IMG/VR virus record: IMGVR_UViG_3300047322_000556
Span: 1 to 64,000 of that record
DNA length: 64,000 nucleotides
Strand: one strand, 5' to 3'
From: a virus
Shown: one piece after another, positions 57,501 through 64,000 of the stretch
Position numbering within the stretch: position 1 is the stretch's first letter
How the letters are laid out: every line of letters starts with the position of its first letter
Translations under genes and position numbers: made by a program
The notes under the pieces: model-generated
Told to the model about the DNA's origin: nothing
The model's input: the letters and a program-made list of their open reading frames with translations, nothing else
Database searches by the model: none

Positions 57501-59641
57501 GGTCGGCGTGGACGTCGGCGCGCGACGAGCTCGCGGGCAACATCAAGGCCGCCGGGCTGACGTGGGACGACTACGCCAAGCAGCTTCGCAGTCAACCGAA
57601 GGCGTATGAGGCGGTGCAAGACTTGATCCGCTCGCGCGTGACGGACGAATTCGCGAAGGCATACAACACGCTGCACGCCGACGCGCCGCTCAAGGTCGGC
57701 CGCACGGTCATCCGCAACAATCTGAACCATCTTGACGCGGTCGATCCAGCGGCGCGCGAAGAGCGCATCGCGAAGGAAAAGTCGCTCATGGCCGGGCTCC
57801 AGAAGGGCGCAGACGGCAAATTCCAGTCGGGCAGCGTGAAGGACAAGCTCGACGCGGTGAAGGAACAGAAGGCCGCGTTCGAACAGGCGCAGATGGGCTT
57901 TTTCAGCTCCGACGACGAGCCGGAAGCGCACGAGGACAAGCCGCTCGCGGCCGATGAGCGGCGCACGATCGGGCACGCAGCCGAGAACAAGCTCGCGAGC
58001 GTCATTCAGGCGATCGGCGGCGGCTTCAAGCCGGGGCAGCCGGTGAAGCTCTTCCACGCGTCGATGAGCGGGCCGGAAGGCGCCAAGCGGCAGCGCGCTA
58101 TCAAGATGGTCGGCGCGAACAAGCGCGTCGCGCTCGGCTTCGGTGTCGGCTCGGGCAAGACGGGCATCGGGCTCGGTGCGTTCGCGCAGCTCCACGGCGA
58201 AGGCAAGGTCAAGAAGGGGCTATTCGCGGTCCCGTCGATCGTTCAGGGTCAATTCGGCGCTGAAGCGCTGCGCTTTCTGAAGGCGGGCGCGTTCAAGTGG
58301 CATTGCGAGCCCGGCGGGTCGCGCGAAAGCCGCATGGCCGCCTACAAGGACGCGGGCAATCACTTCACGGTCGTCACGCATCAGGCGCTTCGCGATGACG
58401 TGCTGCACATGGCCGCCGAGCATGACGGCATCACGCCGGAAGCGGCCGCCGAGAAAATGCGCGGCATGGATCGCGCCGAGCGGGCCGCCTACGTGCGCGG
58501 CGCGCTCGCAAAGCACGGCATCGACTTCGACTTCATCATGGCCGATGAGGCGCACGGTCTGCTCGATCGCGAGGGGAAAGAGGATTCGACGCTGTCGCAC
58601 ACGGTCGCGGCGCTGACCGATAAGCACGGCGACGCCGAGCCGTATTACGTCCACGCGACGGGCGATCCAGTCAAGAATGACGCGTCCGAGATTTTCAGCC
58701 TGCTTCAGAAGATGGACCCGGCGCGCTACAACGATCGCGGCGCCTTCATGCGCATGTATGGCGGCGATACGATCGCGGCGAAGGACGGGCTCAAGCGCGA
58801 GATGGCGCGGCATCTCTACACGGCAAGCATCAAGCCGGACGTGCCGGTCACGCGCAGCGAGGCGCACACGGACCTATCCGACGCGCAGCACGCCGCGCTC
58901 AAGACGCTCGACTCGAATCTCGGCAAGGTGAAAATCAGCCGCCTCATGGGCGATCTGGACGTCGGCGCGGTCAAGGCGCTCGCGCCGCACATGTTCGACG
59001 GCGTGCCGGACGATCAGCACGAGGCGATCGCGCGCGAGCTCGGCAAGTCCGCCGGTCTGCTGCGCAATGCCGCCGAGCGATCCATCATCTACGATCATCC
59101 GCAAGCCGCCGGTCTGGATCGCGTCGCGCAAGAGGCGGCGAAGCGTAAGGGCAAGCCGGGCGTCGTGTTCGCCACGTCGCGCCGCGCCGTCGAGAATCTG
59201 CGCAAGCGGCTCGAAGCGGAAGGGCATCGCGTGGTGACGATTACGGGCTCGGATTCGAGCGCGGACAAGGCCGCCAAGATTCAGGCGTTCAATCCGGATA
59301 GCGGCGAGCGCAAGGCCGATATCGTGGTCTGTTCGGACGCGGCCGCCACTGGCGCGAATCTCCAGTCGGGTAACTGGCTCGTTAATTACGACACGCCCGA
59401 CACGGCGATGGTGCACGCGCAGCGGCAGGGACGGATTAACCGAATCGGACAGAAGAACGCGATCGAGCTGATCGACCATGTGCCGCGCCATGCGTCGGTG
59501 TCGAAGGCGCGCGAGCGGCTGGCGAAGAAATACGTCTTGCGCGAGCTCATGACGTCGCCGCTCGAAGGCATGGACGATACCGGGCTCGCGTCGTTCCTGC
59601 ACGCGAAGAAGGTAGACGAAGAGCAAGCGTCGCTCTTCTGA
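54593..59641 (+). CDS. Large SNF2/SF2 helicase-domain protein (DarB-like putative virion protein)
   Basis: 'GVGSGKT', 'IMADEAH', 'ATGDP', 'GANLQ', 'QRQGRINRIGQ'. Late-promoter motif upstream. Confidence 0.8.
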   Translation: MTYQTDSAYQLRDGALAFSFAVSLTNQLKSSDVARVLANADACGWLHKSEPGAFCARLVVAAGDEAVELMPVPTVGEIAHRRVNHFEPVRMLAKAEAGELPALTPYKGSDADTPHIGIPFDWSVLAPKYPDMAVQPRQAVEPRFVVDDAGRIRLGSNLTPEAEEGHSHRGEILQKAEGGTEAIPAGARWITVHPNGEGSKGVPVLVQETHHGSGVMHVIGGAGGKLNYLKLKGVKSESEYRQESAERQAANREARQAQVKQDKLNGTHDAKQLARQSIKDQKRQAENDFISTVAEAMGWDAGALSLPAAQLQGLSDKAVKKASEAYHAELLAKAKAAVGLQRQALLADPEQIDKAFGPDVPLVSDDAAVLSVADLDPVKPVNENGLAPDFKVRAEKAGLTDEALADEVKEIQGKDDVQAAAEQSAQDSKQLQAEKIDAEIAAAQLQKPDLKPQVVQAKQAAALLVAQKKYQAVVAAARKASRDVDQARDVEPQAYVLEVHPATAQQAQDALKDELATLSTRSFLAEVSKSTEETLGTHAAAGAFNSLNALSQAAAGASLVDRSVVDVLGMAGAAQVLARRLRADLGDDRADEMAEQFADFHKQRYMTVAGAALDQVKQLHEEAAKLEMQAADGPDDVVTKVGINKRRTEALAAADKVLGMSLGEMEANAALVAAMKERQRNTLTVSLGRAPLESAVRQVRALGMVPGDYKLERTGVNVFLSLNASGLDKLARNVDQEGIARVRRNLDIMEGKHDEANWLPQGFADRADLALKSEPGVAQRLAQPFDGHANDLQAALRDYIGGRYADGDAPADILSDVQSAAFYDKVGAARSEEYRAALDAVAPNKLEGKQLQRAEQLAPLFDGYADAFVASHWGGQRSTLNAQTFDASDKAQDAAHRALAAIPEGVVAYKAIGSLTRADRAALRSWFHKNIAHDSPERAAMLAQYDKLMQDEPEKTVADMFGEESENPSWSAWTSARDELAGNIKAAGLTWDDYAKQLRSQPKAYEAVQDLIRSRVTDEFAKAYNTLHADAPLKVGRTVIRNNLNHLDAVDPAAREERIAKEKSLMAGLQKGADGKFQSGSVKDKLDAVKEQKAAFEQAQMGFFSSDDEPEAHEDKPLAADERRTIGHAAENKLASVIQAIGGGFKPGQPVKLFHASMSGPEGAKRQRAIKMVGANKRVALGFGVGSGKTGIGLGAFAQLHGEGKVKKGLFAVPSIVQGQFGAEALRFLKAGAFKWHCEPGGSRESRMAAYKDAGNHFTVVTHQALRDDVLHMAAEHDGITPEAAAEKMRGMDRAERAAYVRGALAKHGIDFDFIMADEAHGLLDREGKEDSTLSHTVAALTDKHGDAEPYYVHATGDPVKNDASEIFSLLQKMDPARYNDRGAFMRMYGGDTIAAKDGLKREMARHLYTASIKPDVPVTRSEAHTDLSDAQHAALKTLDSNLGKVKISRLMGDLDVGAVKALAPHMFDGVPDDQHEAIARELGKSAGLLRNAAERSIIYDHPQAAGLDRVAQEAAKRKGKPGVVFATSRRAVENLRKRLEAEGHRVVTITGSDSSADKAAKIQAFNPDSGERKADIVVCSDAAATGANLQSGNWLVNYDTPDTAMVHAQRQGRINRIGQKNAIELIDHVPRHASVSKARERLAKKYVLRELMTSPLEGMDDTGLASFLHAKKVDEEQASLF

Positions 59642-59683
59642 TTCACTTTACCGGCACTTTACCTATCAGGTAAAATGCCGGGC

Positions 59684-60814
59684 ATGAAAGCTATCACATT
59701 CGGCTCGGTGTGCAGCGGCATCGAAGCCGCTTCTGTGGCGTGGCATCCGATCGGCTGGCGGGCATCGTGGCTCAGTGAGATTGAGCCGTTTCCGAGCGCG
59801 GTGCTCGCGCACCATTACCCGAACGTGCCGAACCTTGGCGATATGACCAAGATCGCGGCGCGCGTCGCATCAGGCGAGCTCCACGCGCCCGATGTGCTAG
59901 TCGGTGGCACGCCATGCCAAGCATTCAGCGTCGCCGGTCTGCGCAAGGGTCTATCCGACGCGCGCGGTCAACTCACCCTGTCTTACGTCCATCTCGCCAA
60001 TGCCATTGATTCAGCTCGATCTGTTCGCGGAGAGCAGCCCGCCGTCCTCGTATGGGAAAACGTGCCCGGCGTCCTCAATAGCGCCGACAATGCCTTCGGG
60101 TGCTTTTTGGGAGCGCTTGCCGGGGAAGATTGCGAGCTCGTCCCGTCAGGGCGCAAATGGTCGAACGCTGGTTGTGTGTATGGACCCGAAAGAACAGTCG
60201 CGTGGCGAATCATCGACGCCCAATATTCAGGAGTGGCCCAACGACGCCGCCGTGTGTTCGTTGTCGCAAGTGCTCGAAAAGGATTCGATCCATCCACGGT
60301 ACTTTTTGAGTTCGACGGTGTGCGCCGGGATACTGCGCCGCGCCGAGACGCGCGGCAAGGCGCTGCCGGAACCGCTGCGAATGGCGCTGGAGCGGGGGAC
60401 TCAGTAGTTTGCGTATTCGATCCGAACCAAGTAACGAACGTCCACAACCGCAGCAAGCCGACGCCTGAGCTTGCACACACTTTGCCCGCTTCCGTCAAGC
60501 CTCCGGTCGCATACTCGGTCGCGCTGCGCGGGCGAGAAGGCGGCGCTACTGCCGAGCTTGGCGGCGACATAGCCGGGTGCCTTCGAGCGTCAACCGGCGG
60601 CGGCGACAAGCCGCATGTGCTGTCGAGCATGGCCGTGCGCCGCCTCACGCCGATCGAATGCGAGCGGCTGCAGGGCTTCCCGGATGGCTATACGGCGATT
60701 CTGGTGAGGGGCAAGCCCGCTGCCGATGGTCCGCGCTACAAGGCGCTCGGCAATAGCATGGCGGTGCCGGTTATGGCGTGGATCGGTCGGCGGATATATG
60801 CCGCATTGACTTGA
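59684..60814 (+). CDS. DNA (cytosine-5) methyltransferase
   Basis: 'VCSGIEA', 'GGTPCQAFS', 'WENVPG', 'QRRRRVF', 'RRLTP.ECERLQGFP', 'LGNSM'. Confidence 0.95.
   Translation: MKAITFGSVCSGIEAASVAWHPIGWRASWLSEIEPFPSAVLAHHYPNVPNLGDMTKIAARVASGELHAPDVLVGGTPCQAFSVAGLRKGLSDARGQLTLSYVHLANAIDSARSVRGEQPAVLVWENVPGVLNSADNAFGCFLGALAGEDCELVPSGRKWSNAGCVYGPERTVAWRIIDAQYSGVAQRRRRVFVVASARKGFDPSTVLFEFDGVRRDTAPRRDARQGAAGTAANGAGAGDSVVCVFDPNQVTNVHNRSKPTPELAHTLPASVKPPVAYSVALRGREGGATAELGGDIAGCLRASTGGGDKPHVLSSMAVRRLTPIECERLQGFPDGYTAILVRGKPAADGPRYKALGNSMAVPVMAWIGRRIYAALT
60000..60407 (+). CDS. Nested out-of-frame ORF, putative MTase beta subunit
   Basis: Alternative frame inside the MTase: 'CSLSQVLE..PRYFLS...CAGILRRA..RGK.LP..L..AL'. 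Confidence 0.65.
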   Translation: MPLIQLDLFAESSPPSSYGKTCPASSIAPTMPSGAFWERLPGKIASSSRQGANGRTLVVCMDPKEQSRGESSTPNIQEWPNDAAVCSLSQVLEKDSIHPRYFLSSTVCAGILRRAETRGKALPEPLRMALERGTQ

Positions 60815-60890
60815 CAAACCGGGCCGCCTCAGTGCGGCCCGTTCGCTATTCGCGAATCACGAATTGTCGTCTCAGAGCGGCAAGACGTTG

Positions 60891-61358
60891 TCAAGCGTCG
60901 GGCACAGTATCGCCGAATTTAGACGCGACGAACGCGCGCATGGCGGCGATGAGAAGCGTCGGTCCTACCTGAACGTGATTCATCTCGGGATTGCCGCCTT
61001 CGGGGCCGTCGTCGCAATACCACGCCTCCCACGGCTGATCCTCCCATGAGGAAAGCCCTTTGTGCACGCCTACGTGCGCATTGCGCCCGCGATCGCGCCA
61101 GCCGATTGCAGCGCGCTCGATGATTGGGCCGCCGTCGCTCCATGTAGTCGAAGGCGAAAACACGCCGTACAGGTCCGGTCCCCAACGAATCAGCTTGCGC
61201 GGCTCGCTGCCGGGTTCGTCGCCGATCCATTTGTCGTCGGTGAGCCATGCCGTGTTTTCGCGCGCCTTCGCGAATTCGGCCGCTGGCACAATAGTCGCAC
61301 CGTCTGCCTTCGCGACCCATAGATCCAGCATGACGCCGGTAAGCTCAGAGACTTTCAT
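60891..61358 (-). CDS. NinX/DUF2591 family protein
   Basis: 'LTG.MLD.WVAKA.G..FSPST.W..GGPIIE..GPT.LIAAMRA.V.S..G'. Confidence 0.8.
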   Translation of the reverse strand: MKVSELTGVMLDLWVAKADGATIVPAAEFAKARENTAWLTDDKWIGDEPGSEPRKLIRWGPDLYGVFSPSTTWSDGGPIIERAAIGWRDRGRNAHVGVHKGLSSWEDQPWEAWYCDDGPEGGNPEMNHVQVGPTLLIAAMRAFVASKFGDTVPDA

Positions 61359-61728
61359 CGGGAACCTTCGGGCCGTATTTGTGGGAAACAATCATGCGCA
61401 TGGCGGCTTCGAGATGCGTCTTGCCGCTTTGCATATCGGTGCGGTCCCACACGAACGCCCTGTAGAAGCGTCCGACGTAGGGCTGGCCGGGCGTGCCTCT
61501 CGGCGAGTCGCAAAGCACGAAGCCGATTTCATGCTTCTCGATCAGCGGGCCGCCGTCATGCCAGCGCGCCGAAGGAATATAGCTCTCGTGATACAGGCGC
61601 GGGATAGGGCCGCCGTGCGATCGCGTGATGATCGCGTGCGTCTTATCTTCGCTCAGCCGCACGGTCAAGCCTTCGGCCTTCGCGACCCAATAGTCGAGCA
61701 TTGCGCCCGAAATTTCATCGACTCTCAC
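61345..61728 (-). CDS. NinX/DUF2591 family protein (tandem paralog)
   Basis: 'SGAMLDYWVAKAEG..YIPS..W.DGGPLIE..G.T.LEAAMR.IV'. Confidence 0.8.
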   Translation of the reverse strand: MRVDEISGAMLDYWVAKAEGLTVRLSEDKTHAIITRSHGGPIPRLYHESYIPSARWHDGGPLIEKHEIGFVLCDSPRGTPGQPYVGRFYRAFVWDRTDMQSGKTHLEAAMRMIVSHKYGPKVPDESL

Positions 61729-61943
61729 CACTGTCCTCCCAATCCGTTGAGTTTGTGAAGCACGCCGCGCGCGTTGAAGTTGCACGCGTAGGCGCCGTGT
61801 TCGTTGCCTTGCGCGCGGTATCGATGCACGTCGCGCGCGAGATTCGTGAGATAGGCGCGCTGCGTGACGCGCGTCCATGCGTCGAGCTCGGGCTGCGTGG
61901 CCGGAATCTCGACTTCCTCGATCGCGAAGAGGTCGCCTGTCAT
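61725..61943 (-). CDS. Hypothetical protein
   Basis: Coupled ORF. Confidence 0.5.
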   Translation of the reverse strand: MTGDLFAIEEVEIPATQPELDAWTRVTQRAYLTNLARDVHRYRAQGNEHGAYACNFNARGVLHKLNGLGGQW

Positions 61944-62350
61944 GCCTTCTTCGCCTCGCGCCGACGCAGTGCGATCGCCTTGTTGACGAGCCCGCGCCCG
62001 AATCCGTCAGTCGGGAAAATCGCCTCGCTGCAATGCGGGCAGTAGGGAACCATCGTGCGGCTTCGCCACGCCTTTTCGACGTCCTGCGCGGCCTTCGTAT
62101 GGATCGACTTTTCGGCGGCTTCCTTGAGCGCTTCCTCGCGGCGTATGAGGGTGTCGCGCTCGCGGCGGAATGCGTCGAGATAGTGATTCAGCGTCCACCA
62201 TGCGCTGAGCTGCTTCTTGCAGTCGTCGCAATGGATCGTCTCGCCGTTGCTGTCGAGCGTGATGCGCATATGTCTGCACTCGGGCGACGGCCGATAGGCG
62301 CGCGTGTCGCGCGTTATGCGCATCTCTTCGATGTTGATGACGTTGTTCAA
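61940..62350 (-). CDS. Zn-finger hypothetical protein
   Basis: 'CRH..CDDC..CPHC'. Confidence 0.6.
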   Translation of the reverse strand: MNNVINIEEMRITRDTRAYRPSPECRHMRITLDSNGETIHCDDCKKQLSAWWTLNHYLDAFRRERDTLIRREEALKEAAEKSIHTKAAQDVEKAWRSRTMVPYCPHCSEAIFPTDGFGRGLVNKAIALRRREAKKA

Positions 62351-62556
62351 TCCTTCTCCCACTTGCGCGAGTGCGTGACGAACTTCACTTCTTTGACGTT
62401 CAACAGGCTTACGGGCACGCCCTTCGTGCGCATGTTGCCGAGAATCTGCTTTCCCTCGCGCACGGCTTGCGCTGCAAGCGCGTCGAACGTCGATCCCGAA
62501 TCCCACGTATCGACGGTGACTTCGACTTCGCATATGAGTCGGACGGTCGTGCTCAT
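62347..62556 (-). CDS. Hypothetical protein
   Basis: Coupled ORF. Confidence 0.5.
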   Translation of the reverse strand: MSTTVRLICEVEVTVDTWDSGSTFDALAAQAVREGKQILGNMRTKGVPVSLLNVKEVKFVTHSRKWEKD

Positions 62557-63002
62557 GCGTGGATCTCCGTCAGCTCGGCGATCGCCGCGCGCAGCACGAG
62601 CGAGCCGCTCGGAATGTTCTCGCACAGATAGTCGGCGGGGTCGCGCGTTTTGCCTTCCCTCACGTAGCATCGTTCAATGTCGGCGGCCGTCGCCTCGCGC
62701 AGCTTGAGCGTCACGCCGGGGCAGACGTCATGCCACCATCCCAAGCTCTCGCGCGGAATGTCGAACTCCATCTGCTCGCGCGTTTTGAGCGTCGCGCGGT
62801 AGAGCTTCGGCTTCGGCGCCTCGAAGCGCTGCCAGTGCGTGATCGACACGTTTTGAAGGCCCGTATGCGCCTCAATGAATTGCTCCATCTCCTTGACGTG
62901 CTCGACGTGAGTGAGAGGGCCGTCACGGCTGATCTGAGCGTTTCCGTGCGTCAGTATTGCGTCGTCGGCGGCGACGTAGGATACGAAATAGTCGATGCTC
63001 AT
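62553..63002 (-). CDS. Hypothetical protein
   Basis: Coupled ORF. Confidence 0.5.
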   Translation of the reverse strand: MSIDYFVSYVAADDAILTHGNAQISRDGPLTHVEHVKEMEQFIEAHTGLQNVSITHWQRFEAPKPKLYRATLKTREQMEFDIPRESLGWWHDVCPGVTLKLREATAADIERCYVREGKTRDPADYLCENIPSGSLVLRAAIAELTEIHA

Positions 63003-63649
63003 AGTGCGCGAGTCTCCAGTGCTTTAAGCGCGCGGGCGCGCATGGTTTCGACTTCTCCGACCGTGGGGCGTCGCGAGTCGGCGAAGTGCAGATTGCCGTT
63101 CTCGCGCGCCGGGATATAGACGTCTGATTGCGTGCGCGTGTCGGCGAATTGAACGAGCCCAAGCATGACCGGCTCGCGCGGGATGATGAGCGTATGCACT
63201 TCGTCGGGCTCAACCCAATACGATTCGCGGATATAGTTGCCCGCCTCATGCAAGCGGCTGCTGCGCACGGCGATTTCGCAGTCGTCCTCGTTGTGCATCG
63301 CGCGCGTCTCTGCCTTGTAGCTCCAGCGCTCCCATGCGCCGAACGCGTTGCGCTCGACGTGGAATCGCGCATGCCGTAGTTCGCCCGCGAGCACGATCGT
63401 ATTGAACGCATAGCGGTGCGAATGCGGCGCGACGAGAAACTCGCCGGGCTGCTTGCCGGTGCGCGCCGGGTCGATGAAATAGAGCTTGGCGGTGAGCGCG
63501 TCCGTGCGGTGCAGGCACAGATAATCGAGCCCTTCGACGTGGTGATTGATGGTCGAGTGCGGCACGGCGGCGGCCGCGTCGAGCTCGGTCAAGAGCTGCT
63601 TGAAGAAGCGTTCGTTCATGGGCGGGTTTATTGTTGTGAACCCGTCCAT
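62999..63649 (-). CDS. Cupin-fold-like protein
   Basis: 'PHSHRYAF.T.VL.G.L.H' ... 'EVHTL'. Confidence 0.55.
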   Translation of the reverse strand: MDGFTTINPPMNERFFKQLLTELDAAAAVPHSTINHHVEGLDYLCLHRTDALTAKLYFIDPARTGKQPGEFLVAPHSHRYAFNTIVLAGELRHARFHVERNAFGAWERWSYKAETRAMHNEDDCEIAVRSSRLHEAGNYIRESYWVEPDEVHTLIIPREPVMLGLVQFADTRTQSDVYIPARENGNLHFADSRRPTVGEVETMRARALKALETRAL

Positions 63650-63666
63650 TTTACCTAAGAGGTAAA

Positions 63667-63903
63667 TTATTTACCAGTGGAGCCGCGTTGCTTTTCCATC
63701 GCATCGGCGAGCGCGATCACGTCCTTCATCTGCTTCGCGTCGATGCGCATGCGCAGCTCCACGTCCACGCCGAGCATGTCGCTGAAAACCTGCGCGAGCG
63801 CGTTCGATGCCTCGTGAATGTCGTCCAGACCGGCGTTCGTGCGGTGGATCAGGCGCGCGACTGCGACCGAAAGCCGCCGCTTGTTGGCGATTGCGTTGCT
63901 CAT
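63667..63903 (-). CDS. Hypothetical protein
   Basis: GGAGGG RBS. Confidence 0.5.
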   Translation of the reverse strand: MSNAIANKRRLSVAVARLIHRTNAGLDDIHEASNALAQVFSDMLGVDVELRMRIDAKQMKDVIALADAMEKQRGSTGK

Positions 63904-64000
63904 GCTGTCCCTCCGGTGGCCTTGGCGATTGCGGCGCGGGCTTTCTCTTTGAATTCGTATCCGTACACGTCGGATACGAGACGATCGCCAATCATGAAAA

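Larger units (their letters stand above)
1..64000. mobile_element. Phage-plasmid (contractile-tailed temperate phage with plasmid replicon), partial
   Basis: Baseplate/fibre, terminase, portal, cI/cro and Bet genes co-occur with a TrfA-like Rep, iterons and ParA. No host housekeeping genes or integrase seen. Confidence 0.9.

Overview
About 65% GC segment of a large temperate myovirus-like phage-plasmid, probably from a Burkholderiaceae host (its SSB is Burkholderia-like). From left to right: (1) baseplate and tail-fibre genes (1-12 kb). (2) A plasmid replicon with a TrfA-family Rep, iterons, ParA and a partner (12.5-15 kb). (3) A leftward early recombination operon (phosphatase, SSB, exonuclease, Bet). 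(4) A cI/cro switch and a lytic replicon (RusA, O-like initiator with internal iterons, DnaC-like loader). (5) A head module: TerS, a 1508-aa kinase plus ADP-ribosyltransferase protein, Nudix, TerL, portal, MuF-like protein. (6) A ~1-kb highly structured non-coding region ending in an atypical tRNA-Tyr. (7) Modular small early genes, a 1.7-kaa SNF2 helicase, a C5 methyltransferase with a nested second ORF, and NinX paralogs. Three cis-motif families can be read directly from the sequence: a late-promoter motif GTCGTGACGC-nAnnRT (9 copies), a 17-bp operator TTTAYC-N5-GRTAAA (~16 copies), and a TTAG..CTAA operator over sigma70 -10 boxes (4 copies). The best novelty candidates are the large structured RNA locus and the putative virion-packaged kinase/ART + Nudix effector cassette with a shared N-terminal leader. 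Major capsid, prohead protease, sheath, tube, tape measure and endolysin were not recognised and probably lie outside the window. All product calls come from motif recognition by eye; no database search was run.
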